Shown: one piece after another, positions 37,043 to 46,326 of the stretch
How positions within the stretch are numbered: the first letter of the stretch is position 1
How the letters are laid out: every line of letters begins with the position of its first letter
Virus record (IMG/VR): IMGVR_UViG_3300025154_001556
Strand: one strand, 5' to 3'
DNA from: a virus
Taxonomy: Duplodnaviria; Caudoviricetes
DNA length: 64,000 nt
Made by a program: the position numbers and the translations under genes
The notes under the pieces: model-generated
Seen by the model: the letters and a program-made list of their open reading frames with translations, nothing else
What the model was told of the DNA's origin: nothing
Databases searched by the model: none

Positions 37043-37702
37043 ATGAGGCCAAGAAAAGGAAGTCCGGCTGAAAAGTTAGGTATAAAATTTACTGGTAATC
37101 CAGATGCATTAGATCAGCCGAAGAGAAAAGTTACATACGAAATACTTGAAAGGCCTGGAAAATATACAGTAGGGCCGTTGTCTGATAGAGTCGTTATGAA
37201 CGATACTTGGTACGTTTGGTACGTTGATTTAGACGGTGTTTTATGTAACTTTCTTAAAGGTGCCAGTATAGCGACAGGTAAACAACTTACCTCACATGCT
37301 GTTTGGGCTGCCAATAGAAATGAATACTGGGAAGATATACGTAAGCTAGGCCCAAACTTTTGGAGAAATTTAGAGTGGTTGCCAGAAGCAGAAAAGCTGT
37401 GGACAATATTAAAAAAGTTCCATACAAAAATATTAACCGCATACCCCACAGTACCTCAATTGCAACTTGACGCTATTATAGGAAAAGCTGATTGGATAGA
37501 TGTCAATTTAGGTAGCAGGTTTTGTTGGGAGGCTATTATATGCCCAGTTGACTCTAAACAAAAATATGCCGGGTTGAACACAATACTTATAGATGATAAT
37601 GAGTTAACGATTAAGCAATGGAGTGCAAAAGGTGGCATTGGTATTTTACATAATAATGTAGCGGACACTTTGGAGGAGATAAAGAAGTATGCCAATTTAT
37701 GA
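37043..37702 (+). CDS. HAD-family 5(3)-deoxyribonucleotidase (NT5C-like)
   Basis: YVDLDGVLCNF, ILTA, K..W, ILIDDN, W..KGGIGILH. Confidence 0.82.
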   Translation: MRPRKGSPAEKLGIKFTGNPDALDQPKRKVTYEILERPGKYTVGPLSDRVVMNDTWYVWYVDLDGVLCNFLKGASIATGKQLTSHAVWAANRNEYWEDIRKLGPNFWRNLEWLPEAEKLWTILKKFHTKILTAYPTVPQLQLDAIIGKADWIDVNLGSRFCWEAIICPVDSKQKYAGLNTILIDDNELTIKQWSAKGGIGILHNNVADTLEEIKKYANL

Positions 37703-37901
37703 GTATATATGTGAGTCTTGTGGCAAAAGATTCGAGAAAACAAGAGGTATAAAAGAAGACAGCTCTATGGCTGTTTGTTTAAGATGCCAAGGTATTGGAA
37801 GAAAGGTACCATCACTTTCATCATTCCATCTTAAAGGTGGTGGTTGGTATAGTGATTCTTATTCCAATAAAAGCTGTGATATAAAACAAAAGAAAGGTTG
37901 A
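37689..37901 (+). CDS. FmdB-family zinc-ribbon protein
   Basis: MPIYEYICESCG..FE, CLRC, S..F.LKGGGWY. Confidence 0.85.
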   Translation: MPIYEYICESCGKRFEKTRGIKEDSSMAVCLRCQGIGRKVPSLSSFHLKGGGWYSDSYSNKSCDIKQKKG

Positions 37902-37941
37902 GGTTAAATATATTCAAGAGGTTCTTGAAAGGAGCTAGAAC

Positions 37942-38073
37942 ATGTGTACAGTAGCAATAGCCTGGATCAACGCCAAATATAGAACAGGTTACAAGTACCT
38001 ATTTATAGGTGCAATCATGGTAGACATTGCACTTTTTGAAACATTAACTGCTATGTTGGATAAGTGTGGTTAA
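37942..38073 (+). CDS. small hydrophobic hypothetical protein (43 aa)
   Basis: AAGGAG RBS; manual translation MCTVAIAWINAKYRTGYKYLFIGAIMVDIALFETLTAMLDKCG. Confidence 0.45.
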   Translation: MCTVAIAWINAKYRTGYKYLFIGAIMVDIALFETLTAMLDKCG

Positions 38074-38075
38074 TT

Positions 38076-38291
38076 ATGACAACGCTGACAGCCGAAGAGG
38101 CAAAAAAGTTACGATGTTGTAAAGATGTTACGTTGCTTTGTGTGGCAGAAGAGTGCATGGCGTGGCAAATATATTATGAATATGAATTCCCGTCACGGTC
38201 TAACACATGTAAACACCCGCCACAGCAACCACAGCCTTCTATACGCAAGGACACTAATAAAGGTTACTGCGGTTGGCTTTGTAAAGAGTAA
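38076..38291 (+). CDS. small Cys-rich hypothetical protein
   Basis: C..C...C..W...GYCG pattern. Confidence 0.6.
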   Translation: MTTLTAEEAKKLRCCKDVTLLCVAEECMAWQIYYEYEFPSRSNTCKHPPQQPQPSIRKDTNKGYCGWLCKE

Positions 38292-38320
38292 AATAAAAAT
38301 AATTGTCCTATCTGAAAATA

Positions 38321-38345
38321 ACTAGGGAGCCGCAAACTCCCTAGT
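38321..38345. terminator. hairpin between convergent genes
   Basis: ACTAGGGAG / CTCCCTAGT perfect 9-bp stem, A-rich flank on the left. Confidence 0.65.
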
Positions 38346-38392
38346 ACACCCATCCTAGACGCCCGGTTTTTCGCAGGGCATTCACTAGCTTA

Positions 38393-38617
38393 CTAGAGCC
38401 TTTGAAGCTTGTGACCAATTCCTACCACACCTAAGCCTAGCCCCGCATCCATCACCGCCTTGGCCGCCGTATGGCTACCCATCAAGTCAATGACTACACT
38501 TCCGATAATCAAGAAGCCTCCTGTAATAGTTTTCCAATTAGTCCCTAAAACTTTTTCTAACCAAAAGGCAACAACTTGTTGTGTTTGTACTAGGTTTACT
38601 ACACTTTCAGAGTTCAT
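38393..38617 (-). CDS. small membrane protein, holin-like
   Basis: LGTNWKTITGG followed by two hydrophobic segments. Confidence 0.55.
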   Translation of the reverse strand: MNSESVVNLVQTQQVVAFWLEKVLGTNWKTITGGFLIIGSVVIDLMGSHTAAKAVMDAGLGLGVVGIGHKLQRL

Positions 38618-38668
38618 AATAATAGTCCCCCTATCTTTTTAATGAATTCTTTTTAATTAGTAACTATA

Positions 38669-38852
38669 AATTTTTTTTATCTGCCCGTAAAAACTGGTCT
38701 ATGAACCGAGTTAAAAATGGTTCATGGTGCCACCTCACTAACTACTTTTATATTGTTGTATTTATTCATATATAGTATAATGAGGACAGTTAATTTTTTA
38801 CTTTAATTTTTTTTATTCGCCGCCAAAAGTATCTTATGAACCGCGATAAAAA
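38669..38852 (+). repeat. imperfect ~48-bp direct repeat, two copies
   Basis: AATTTTTTTTAT..GCC...AAAA.....TATGAACCG...TAAAAA at 38669-38717 and 38805-38852. Confidence 0.7.
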
Positions 38853-38868
38853 GTGTACCCCAAAATAC

Positions 38869-38897
38869 TTGACATAGTAATGTGTGCATGTTATATT
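38869..38897 (+). promoter_or_regulatory. sigma70-type promoter
   Basis: TTGACA (38869-38874), 17-bp spacer, TATATT (38892-38897) with TG extended -10. Confidence 0.65.
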
Positions 38898-38937
38898 AGC
38901 AAAGTTACTAAATATAAATTCTAACAATGAGGTTATT

Positions 38938-39489
38938 ATGGGCTTGAAACTTAATTTAGGTGGCGGTTACAAAGAGTACGATAATTATATAAACATAGAT
39001 ATAGATCCTAATTGTAAACCAGACTATGTCATAGATTTAGAAAGGGACATACTACCTTTTAAAGAAAATACTGTAAGTGAGGTAAGAGCATATCACATAT
39101 TAGAACATCTTGGAAATGGTTTCTTTCATTGTTTACAAGAATTATATAGAGTATGTGAGCATGGAGCTATTATAGATATACAAGTACCACACCATTTCCA
39201 CGAAGTATTTATTAACGATCCAACACATAAAAGACCGATTACCGTTGAAGGCATGAGGCTGTTCAGTAAAAAATATAATGCGCTGGAAATAGAACGAGGT
39301 GGTAGCTCTTCTTGTTTAGGTATTAGATTTAATGTAGACTTTGAAATAGTACAATATAACTTTATACCTGATTTATTCTATAAAGATATATTAGCAAGTA
39401 ATTCATTTGAACAAAATGTTAGACTTACAAGAGAATGTGTTAATGTGGTAATTGAAACTCATATGAAATTGGTGGTGGTAAAATGCTAA
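38938..39489 (+). CDS. class I SAM-dependent methyltransferase-like protein
   Basis: KLNLGGG, INID, LPF, HILEHL, ELYRV...GA.I.I.VPH; ATG 38938 with GAGG RBS. Confidence 0.8.
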   Translation: MGLKLNLGGGYKEYDNYINIDIDPNCKPDYVIDLERDILPFKENTVSEVRAYHILEHLGNGFFHCLQELYRVCEHGAIIDIQVPHHFHEVFINDPTHKRPITVEGMRLFSKKYNALEIERGGSSSCLGIRFNVDFEIVQYNFIPDLFYKDILASNSFEQNVRLTRECVNVVIETHMKLVVVKC

Positions 39490-40817
39490 ATGAAACTATA
39501 TTATTCCTTAAAGAACGTAACGAGAACAGGGTGGCTGCGGAGCTTCTAATGACCTTTGGTAAGTATGCTCATTCAGTAGAAGAGTATGATTCAATAGCAA
39601 AAGGTTACTGTGATATTAAACGTTATAAAGAGTCTATTAAGTGGGCGGAGAAGGCCCTTTCTGTGGCCGCCGGCAACGAAATGCTTTACGTTGTACGGGC
39701 TAACCTAGCTAAGGTATGTAATCACGCCAACATGCCAGTCAAAGCCTTATTTTATTTGAAGCTTAATGAGGCCCTGACACCAGAAGACCCAGAACTTCTT
39801 TTAGAAAAAGCTTTTAGTTTGTTCTTAATGAACCGACAAAAAGAATCTGAATCTATACTTAGAGGGTTAAACACAAGACCGGGTTTAGATGAGCAGTTAG
39901 CCACCAGAGTTAAGTTTAACCTGGGAACTTATGATCTATATAATGATAAGTTTCAAGAAGGGCTAAGAGGCTTCTTATTAGAAGGCAAGAAGTTAAATAT
40001 TTGGAAAAATATAAAACTACCGCTAGAATTTTGGGAAGGTGGTATACAGCCCGGAAGAACCATAGTTATAGTGGCTGAAGGTGGTATAGGAGACGAAATT
40101 ATAAACATACGTTTCTGTGACAAGCTTGTAGACTATGGTATGGTACCTCTATGGTATACTACTAGAAAGGACCTGTCAGCCATTTTTAATAGGCATGGGT
40201 ACACTACCATCAATTCATTAGAAAACGTCCCTAAGGACGCTCTATGGACTTACAGCATGTCTTTACCAATCTACTTAGACCTACAACCAAAAGATTTGTG
40301 GAAAGGTAAGTATTTATATCCATCAGTAGCCCACCAAAAGAAATGGGATTGGATGAACAAAACCAATAATCTTAAAGTAGGTATAAGGTGGAGTGGTAAT
40401 CCTGAGTATGAACACGATTTACATAGAAGTGTACCCTTAGATAAGTTGTATGAGGTAGTGTTCCCCTTTAATTTTGATTTATATTCTTTACAACGCGACG
40501 AAGGCGTGGAACAAATACAGGAGCACTATGATCTGGATAATCTGTCAGACGAGTTAGTGTCCTTTGAGGATACGTTGGCTGTAATAAACAACTTAGATAT
40601 TGTAATATCGTCATGCACTTCTATACTACATGCTGCTGCAGCAATGGATAAAAAAACGTATGGTTTAATACCGTGTACAGCCTACTACACTTGGTGCTCA
40701 TCTAATGAGTATAAAAGTAAGTGGTATGGAGATAATCTTACTTTATTAAGACAACATGAGTTGAGAAGTTGGGATGGGCCTTTGAATAAATTAAAAGAAT
40801 TGCTAATGAAGGGATAA
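39483..40817 (+). CDS. TPR-containing glycosyltransferase (GT9-like)
   Basis: N-terminal TPR-like helices, EGGIGDEI..IRF, VGIRWSGN, RS.P, LYSLQ, FEDTLAVINNLDIVISSCTSILHAAAA. Confidence 0.8.
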   Translation: MLNETILFLKERNENRVAAELLMTFGKYAHSVEEYDSIAKGYCDIKRYKESIKWAEKALSVAAGNEMLYVVRANLAKVCNHANMPVKALFYLKLNEALTPEDPELLLEKAFSLFLMNRQKESESILRGLNTRPGLDEQLATRVKFNLGTYDLYNDKFQEGLRGFLLEGKKLNIWKNIKLPLEFWEGGIQPGRTIVIVAEGGIGDEIINIRFCDKLVDYGMVPLWYTTRKDLSAIFNRHGYTTINSLENVPKDALWTYSMSLPIYLDLQPKDLWKGKYLYPSVAHQKKWDWMNKTNNLKVGIRWSGNPEYEHDLHRSVPLDKLYEVVFPFNFDLYSLQRDEGVEQIQEHYDLDNLSDELVSFEDTLAVINNLDIVISSCTSILHAAAAMDKKTYGLIPCTAYYTWCSSNEYKSKWYGDNLTLLRQHELRSWDGPLNKLKELLMKG

Positions 40818-40827
40818 TATAAAATGA

Positions 40828-40859
40828 TATAGAGAAGCATCAAACGATGCTTCTCTATA
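40828..40859. terminator. hairpin at convergent strand switch
   Basis: TATAGAGAAGCATC / GATGCTTCTCTATA perfect 14-bp stem. Confidence 0.7.
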
Positions 40860-40860
40860 C

Positions 40861-42006
40861 TTAATTTGCATATGTAATAAAACCTGATGTGAAGTTAGCA
40901 CAACCTATGCTCTTCCAGTTTGTTCTAGAACTAATTTGGGTGGGAGTAGGCTTATCTACTATGTCACCCAAAGCTAGTGTTCCAGTCGTATTATAACCCC
41001 AGCCCCATAGTGTACCATCAGTTCTAATTGCTAATACATGGCTATAACCTAAGGCCACCGTTTTCCAGTCTGTCATAGCGCCCACTTGTATAGGAGATGA
41101 TTTATCCTCAAAAGTACCGATACCTAAATTACCACGAAGATTTCGTCCCCAAGACCACAAGCTACCATCAGTTTTAATTGCAACCGTAAAATTGAAACCA
41201 CCCAATACCGATTTCCAATCAGTAAGTGACCCAAGTTGCACAGGTGAACTTGTTGGTGTTGTTGTACCATCTCCAAGCTGTCCTAAGGCGTTATCACCCC
41301 ATAGCCAAAGGGAACCATCATTTTTAATTGCCATGGTAGCGTAGTACCCACAATTTATCAATGCCCAATCTGTGTCAGAGCCAACTTGAATTGGGGATGA
41401 TTTAGACACAACCGTCCCATCACCTAATTGACCGCTATCATTAAAACCCCAAGTCCAAATAGTTCCATCTGTTTTAAGGGCCGCAGTATGGTATGTACCA
41501 CAGGAAATATGCTGCCAATTAGTGAGAGATCCTACTTGTATTGGAGATGATGTATTAACTATGCTATTGTTACCAAGTTGGCCATAACCATTATAACCCC
41601 AAGCCCATAGTGAGTTATCTTCTTTTATAGCCGCTAGATGGACACGCCCGCTAGCCAGTGTATGCCAATCAGTAAGATTTCCTACTTGTATTGGGGATGA
41701 TTTATCTACCAAAGTGCTATCCCCTAATTGACCGTAATGGTTTCTACCCCATGACCACAAGGTACCATCAGCTTTAATTGCAGAAAATTGTCTGTAACCG
41801 CCTGCAATTAGTTTCCAATTATTAAAACCACCCACTTGAATTGGAGATGATTTGTGTACTTGTGTGCTATCGCCTATGGCGCCGAATTCGTTATCACCGG
41901 ATGTAAATAAATTACCAAAGTCAAATAAATCTCTCCGGGTGAACAAGTCATTAAAATCTACTACCTGATCATTATAAGTAAATTTATAGCCTGTTGGATT
42001 TGACAT
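40861..42006 (-). CDS. RCC1/BLIP-II repeat beta-propeller protein 3
   Basis: About seven ~52 aa repeats KSSPIQVG.LTDW..(G)..H..AIK.DGTLW.WG.N..GQLGD. Confidence 0.9.
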   Translation of the reverse strand: MSNPTGYKFTYNDQVVDFNDLFTRRDLFDFGNLFTSGDNEFGAIGDSTQVHKSSPIQVGGFNNWKLIAGGYRQFSAIKADGTLWSWGRNHYGQLGDSTLVDKSSPIQVGNLTDWHTLASGRVHLAAIKEDNSLWAWGYNGYGQLGNNSIVNTSSPIQVGSLTNWQHISCGTYHTAALKTDGTIWTWGFNDSGQLGDGTVVSKSSPIQVGSDTDWALINCGYYATMAIKNDGSLWLWGDNALGQLGDGTTTPTSSPVQLGSLTDWKSVLGGFNFTVAIKTDGSLWSWGRNLRGNLGIGTFEDKSSPIQVGAMTDWKTVALGYSHVLAIRTDGTLWGWGYNTTGTLALGDIVDKPTPTQISSRTNWKSIGCANFTSGFITYAN

Positions 42007-42014
42007 TTTATCTC

Positions 42015-43193
42015 CTAATAATTTAAATCTGTTATAGCTATTACGCTGGTATTACATCCGAAAATGTTTTTCCAATTATTTAGACCCCCGACTTGGATTG
42101 GAGATGACTTATGTACATTTGTGTTGTCCCCAAGTTGCCCATCGGTATTAAAGCCCCAAGTCCAAATAGTGCCGTCCGTTTTTAAAGCTGTGGTATAACT
42201 ATATCCACAAGATACTTTTTTCCAATTACTAAGGGAGCCTACTTGTACTGGTGAAGAGTAGTTTGCTGTAAGCACAGAACCCAAACCCAGCTGTCCGTAG
42301 TTATTAGCACCCCAAGTCCACAAGGTACCATCGGTTTTTATGGCTGCTGCATGATATTGCCCCGCCTCACAGCTAGCCCAGTCGGTCGAGGAGCCTATCT
42401 GTACCGGTGATGATTTACCCACACTAGTAGCATCTCCAAGTTGGCCACCATTATTATAGCCCCAGGACCATAAGGTACCATCCAATTTTAAAGCAAGGGT
42501 ATATAATTGGCCACAAGAAACTTGCTTCCAATCAGTTAAACTCCCTACCTGAATTGGAGAGGATTTACTATCCAAAGTCCCATCCGCTAACTGGCCGTCT
42601 GTATTACTTCCCCACATCCAGAGTGCGCCGCTCGAATTTATAGCTGCGCCATGCCCACCCCCACTGGCTATCGATATCCAATTAGTAAGCGCCCCTATCT
42701 GAATTGGGGATGATTTAGAAATAGTTGTACCATCTGCAAGTTGTCCGACAGTATTAGATCCGCCGATAGACCATATGGTGCCATCAGTTTTTAAAGCTAA
42801 CATAAAAATATGCCCAGAAGCAACACTTGCCCAATCCGTAAGAGCCCCAATTTGTTGCGGAGATATGGATCTTGTGGTTGTACCATCACCCAACTGTCCG
42901 TATACATTGTTGCCCCAAGTCCACAAAGTGTTGTCATTCTTAGTGGCTATCATTTGCTGCCACCCACCAGCAATGTTTTTCCAATCTACCAAGGAACCGA
43001 GTTGTATTGGTGAAGATTTACCAATTAAAGTACTGTCACCTAATTGCCCACTAGCATTTTGTCCCCAAGTCCATATACTAGCCCTTTTTGAGGACGGTAC
43101 TAATTGTGGGTAAACACGTAACAAATAATCTTTTGTGACAAAGTTACCGCAGTCAGAACCATCTGCTCTTTTATAGTTGGTCGTTATTGTCAT
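42015..43193 (-). CDS. RCC1/BLIP-II repeat beta-propeller protein 2
   Basis: Same repeat consensus. Confidence 0.9.
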   Translation of the reverse strand: MTITTNYKRADGSDCGNFVTKDYLLRVYPQLVPSSKRASIWTWGQNASGQLGDSTLIGKSSPIQLGSLVDWKNIAGGWQQMIATKNDNTLWTWGNNVYGQLGDGTTTRSISPQQIGALTDWASVASGHIFMLALKTDGTIWSIGGSNTVGQLADGTTISKSSPIQIGALTNWISIASGGGHGAAINSSGALWMWGSNTDGQLADGTLDSKSSPIQVGSLTDWKQVSCGQLYTLALKLDGTLWSWGYNNGGQLGDATSVGKSSPVQIGSSTDWASCEAGQYHAAAIKTDGTLWTWGANNYGQLGLGSVLTANYSSPVQVGSLSNWKKVSCGYSYTTALKTDGTIWTWGFNTDGQLGDNTNVHKSSPIQVGGLNNWKNIFGCNTSVIAITDLNY

Positions 43194-43208
43194 CTTTACA
43201 CCTCGGTA

Positions 43209-43841
43209 TTATAGTAGTACATCAAGAGAATCATCTATTGCAGTAAGAGTATTTAAATCAACCGCGTTATTTATTGATGTAACTATGCCAGATTCCCATT
43301 CAAATTGCGCTTGTATATGTGCTAATACAGCAGATACCAGAACTTGTAGATCTGCAAGAGATAATACAAGCCATGTATTACCAAACTTCCAATTAACACC
43401 AGCAACACCAAGTAGTAATGCCTGTGAGTACATATTGCGTGTCTCCCTATCAGTTGCAACTCCTATTTCTTGGTCTTGAAGTGTGATTTTTGTACCGCTA
43501 ACCTCTTTCTGCCAACGAAGATTAGCCACTTTTGCTTTAAGTTCATTACGTACAGCTTCAATAGGTCTATCTACAACGGTGTAGCTGGCGATAGCCTTAT
43601 CCGCTTGTATCGTCCAATTAGGCCCGGCTAGTTGCTGAATCCTGTGGTCATAATTTACAGCAGTAAATTCAACAGGAAGTATCTTTACAGTATCACTAAC
43701 TGAGTATGCTGCTGAATCTTCCGTAATAGTTGGAAGTGTAAAATTTAAACCTAGCTCATCTGTTAAAACAGATTGAAACATATTCTGGTTCCACCAGGTA
43801 GGCCCTAATATCACTTTATTATTAGATACTAATACTTTCAT
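43209..43841 (-). CDS. DUF4376-like phage tail-fibre accessory protein
   Basis: LRWQKEVSG, TDRETR, WK..N.W..LS.ADL..L..AV.AHIQAQF.WE. Confidence 0.7.
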   Translation of the reverse strand: MKVLVSNNKVILGPTWWNQNMFQSVLTDELGLNFTLPTITEDSAAYSVSDTVKILPVEFTAVNYDHRIQQLAGPNWTIQADKAIASYTVVDRPIEAVRNELKAKVANLRWQKEVSGTKITLQDQEIGVATDRETRNMYSQALLLGVAGVNWKFGNTWLVLSLADLQVLVSAVLAHIQAQFEWESGIVTSINNAVDLNTLTAIDDSLDVLL

Positions 43842-43854
43842 TTATATCCTCCAT

Positions 43855-44985
43855 TTAGTTTCCGTATGTAACAACAAGAGGTGTTGCTCCACCAGCCACC
43901 TGTTTCCAATTTGTTAATGAGCCTACTTGTATAGGAGAGGACTTATGTACAATTGTGCCATCTCCCAACTGGCCGTAGTTATTAGGGCCCCAAGACCACA
44001 AAGTGCCATCGGTCTTAGTAGCAAAAGAATTGGATGACCAAGCGGAGGTCTGTTTCCAATCAGTTAAACCCCCTACCTGAACAGGGGATGATTTATCAAC
44101 AATAGTACCGTCGCCTATTTGACCGTAGTAGTTTAACCCCCATCCCCAAAGAGTGCCATCTGTCTTAATGGCTAAAACGTGTAACCAACCAGCTGAAAGA
44201 TTTTTCCAATCCGTGAGTGCTCCTATCTGTACCGGGGAGGATTTACGTGTAGTAGTACCATCTCCTAATACACCTACATAAGCATATCCCCAAGCCCACA
44301 AAGTACCATCGGTCTTTATGGCATGGGAAGATAAACTACTACAAGCAACCTCTTTCCAATCGGTTAAAGTTCCAATTTGTATAGGAGATGACTTTCCTAC
44401 CACAGTATCATCACCAAGCTGCCCATAAGTATTTCTACCCCAAGACCATAAAGTACCGTCGGTCTTTATAGCCAAAACGTGTGAATCGTATGTAATTACA
44501 TCTTTCCAATCTGTTAAACTGCCTACTTGTATTGGAGATGATTTAGGGGCAATTGTTCCATCGCCCAACTGACCGTAGCTATTAGCACCCCAAGACCATA
44601 AGGTACCATCAGTTTTTATAGCTAGTGCATTTATAGAACCAACTTTTATAGACAACCAATCTGTTAAACTACCTACCTGTATCGGGGATGATTTAGGCGC
44701 AATTGTTCCATCACCTAGCTGTCCGTTATTATTGTAGCCCCACATCCATAACGTACCGTCAGTTTTGATACCAGCAGAGACATTACCAATAGAACTTACT
44801 TGTTTCCAATTAGTAAGTGCCCCTATCTGAATTGGGGATGATTTAGAAATAGTGGAAGAATCACCCATTTGCCCAAAGTTATTGTAACCCCAAGAAAATA
44901 AAGTATGTCCTACAAATCTATCTATCAGCTCATAATCAGTGAAGAAGAGGTTGTCTAACTCACCTTCTAATGTTCTGAATCCCAT
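43855..44985 (-). CDS. RCC1/BLIP-II repeat beta-propeller protein 1
   Basis: Same repeat consensus. Confidence 0.9.
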   Translation of the reverse strand: MGFRTLEGELDNLFFTDYELIDRFVGHTLFSWGYNNFGQMGDSSTISKSSPIQIGALTNWKQVSSIGNVSAGIKTDGTLWMWGYNNNGQLGDGTIAPKSSPIQVGSLTDWLSIKVGSINALAIKTDGTLWSWGANSYGQLGDGTIAPKSSPIQVGSLTDWKDVITYDSHVLAIKTDGTLWSWGRNTYGQLGDDTVVGKSSPIQIGTLTDWKEVACSSLSSHAIKTDGTLWAWGYAYVGVLGDGTTTRKSSPVQIGALTDWKNLSAGWLHVLAIKTDGTLWGWGLNYYGQIGDGTIVDKSSPVQVGGLTDWKQTSAWSSNSFATKTDGTLWSWGPNNYGQLGDGTIVHKSSPIQVGSLTNWKQVAGGATPLVVTYGN

Positions 44986-45456
44986 TTATTTATCCTCCAA
45001 TATTTCTAGCCTCTCTCTAAGCTCTTTTATGGCCTCTACCAATATACCTATTGTAGCAATATAGTTGACAGCTTTCATGTTATGTTTATCGGTAACCACA
45101 AGCTCGGGCATTGTAATCTCCACCTCTTGTGCTATAAAACCATAAGATTTTTTACCGGTAGAGATCCAATCAAATGAACAGCCTTCTAAATTATTTAACA
45201 TATCTAAAGCACCATATATTGGCTGTATGTTTGTTTTTAGTCTTTCATCGGAAGATGTTACAAAACCTACGGAAATAAAATTACCTGTGTAAGGATTATA
45301 AGATAATTTATTTGAAGACACCCCTGCGGCACTCATAGTACCGGATATTGTGCTCGTAAACATTGGATAATAAGCGGCATCAGTGGTAATGTCTGATACA
45401 GATATTTCTCCACCAGCTCCACCACCTGTACTTACGTAATCAGAATAATTTGACAT
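44986..45456 (-). CDS. tail-fibre protein with peptidase S74 intramolecular chaperone domain
   Basis: SDERLKTNIQPI, YGFIAQEVE..MPELV, VNY....ILVEAIKEL. Confidence 0.85.
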   Translation of the reverse strand: MSNYSDYVSTGGGAGGEISVSDITTDAAYYPMFTSTISGTMSAAGVSSNKLSYNPYTGNFISVGFVTSSDERLKTNIQPIYGALDMLNNLEGCSFDWISTGKKSYGFIAQEVEITMPELVVTDKHNMKAVNYIATIGILVEAIKELRERLEILEDK

Positions 45457-45467
45457 TTACATCCTCC

Positions 45468-46220
45468 TTATTGTACTATACTTAGGATATTAGGTTTATC
45501 TCTTGTTACCTCAATCGTATGCTCAAAGTGAGCAGAGTATTTTCCTGAAGCGGTAGATATTGTCCAACCATTGGCTTCTCTAAACACCCTACAATCAGGG
45601 CCTTCTATAAGCATGGGCTCTATGGCTAATACCATACCTGCTTTTAATATAGCACCCTTATTTTTTTTACCATAGTTTGGTATTTGAGGTCTTTCATGCA
45701 AATCTTTGCCCACAGCATGACCAACAAATTCGCGTACAACTGAATAACCATTGCTTTCGGCGTGTGTTTGTATGGCATTTGATATATCCCCTATACGATT
45801 ACCGCTGACAGCTTTTTCAATACCTTTATATAAACATTCTTTGGTTGTATCTATTAGCTGTTGATTTTGCTTCGTTACATTTCCTATTGGCAGTGTAATA
45901 GCGGCGTCACCATAAAAATAATCTTTACATATACCAAAATCTATACTAAGTACATCACCATCACGTAATGTAGTATTAGAAGGAAAACCATGTACTACTT
46001 GATTATTAATGGAAGCACATATCGCATACGGGTAACCTTTATAATTTTTAAAGCCTGCTATGGCTTTATGGGATACAGCTAACTCATTGGCTACTTGTTC
46101 TAAATATTGAGTAGTTACACCAGGAACGGCTAAAACTTTCAAATTACTAAGAAAAGTAGCTACTATTTTACAGCTGGTTTTTATTTTTTCTATCTGTGAG
46201 GGTGTTTTTAATATCATCAT
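45468..46220 (-). CDS. map: methionine aminopeptidase type I
   Basis: CASINNQVVHGFP, SIDFG, GDAAIT, GHAVG..LHE.P, AIEPM, SAHFEHT (D, D, H, E, E ligands). Confidence 0.95.
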   Translation of the reverse strand: MMILKTPSQIEKIKTSCKIVATFLSNLKVLAVPGVTTQYLEQVANELAVSHKAIAGFKNYKGYPYAICASINNQVVHGFPSNTTLRDGDVLSIDFGICKDYFYGDAAITLPIGNVTKQNQQLIDTTKECLYKGIEKAVSGNRIGDISNAIQTHAESNGYSVVREFVGHAVGKDLHERPQIPNYGKKNKGAILKAGMVLAIEPMLIEGPDCRVFREANGWTISTASGKYSAHFEHTIEVTRDKPNILSIVQ

Positions 46221-46276
46221 GATGAATAGCCAAGCATTAGTTATATCTCCTTAAATACATTTGAACTAAAATAGAA

Positions 46277-46305
46277 AATAAGGGCAACAAAATGTTGCCC
46301 TTATT
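46277..46305 (-). terminator. intrinsic terminator
   Basis: AATAAGGGCAACA / TGTTGCCCTTATT stem; A-run on the left gives a U tract on the - strand. Confidence 0.65.
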
Positions 46306-46326
46306 CATCGCTTATTCAATCATGTA

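Noticed and set aside
1476-38151. Many antisense and alternate-frame ORFs in the track (e.g. 16907..17365, 17396..17899, 19640..20161, 7806..8231)
   Set aside because: They overlap well-supported genes on the opposite strand or in another frame and have no RBS or motifs, so they are treated as shadow ORFs. The same applies to + strand ORFs inside the - arm such as 42775..43113 and 49875..50243.
40861-44985. Diversity-generating retroelement acting on the repeat proteins
   Set aside because: No reverse transcriptase, and no near-identical template/variable repeat pair differing only at adenines, is visible. The similarity is ordinary RCC1 coding repetition.
40861-44985. Eukaryotic or giant-virus origin suggested by RCC1 repeats
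   Set aside because: Shine-Dalgarno sites, overlapping operons, a sigma factor and a sigma70 promoter all indicate a prokaryotic virus.
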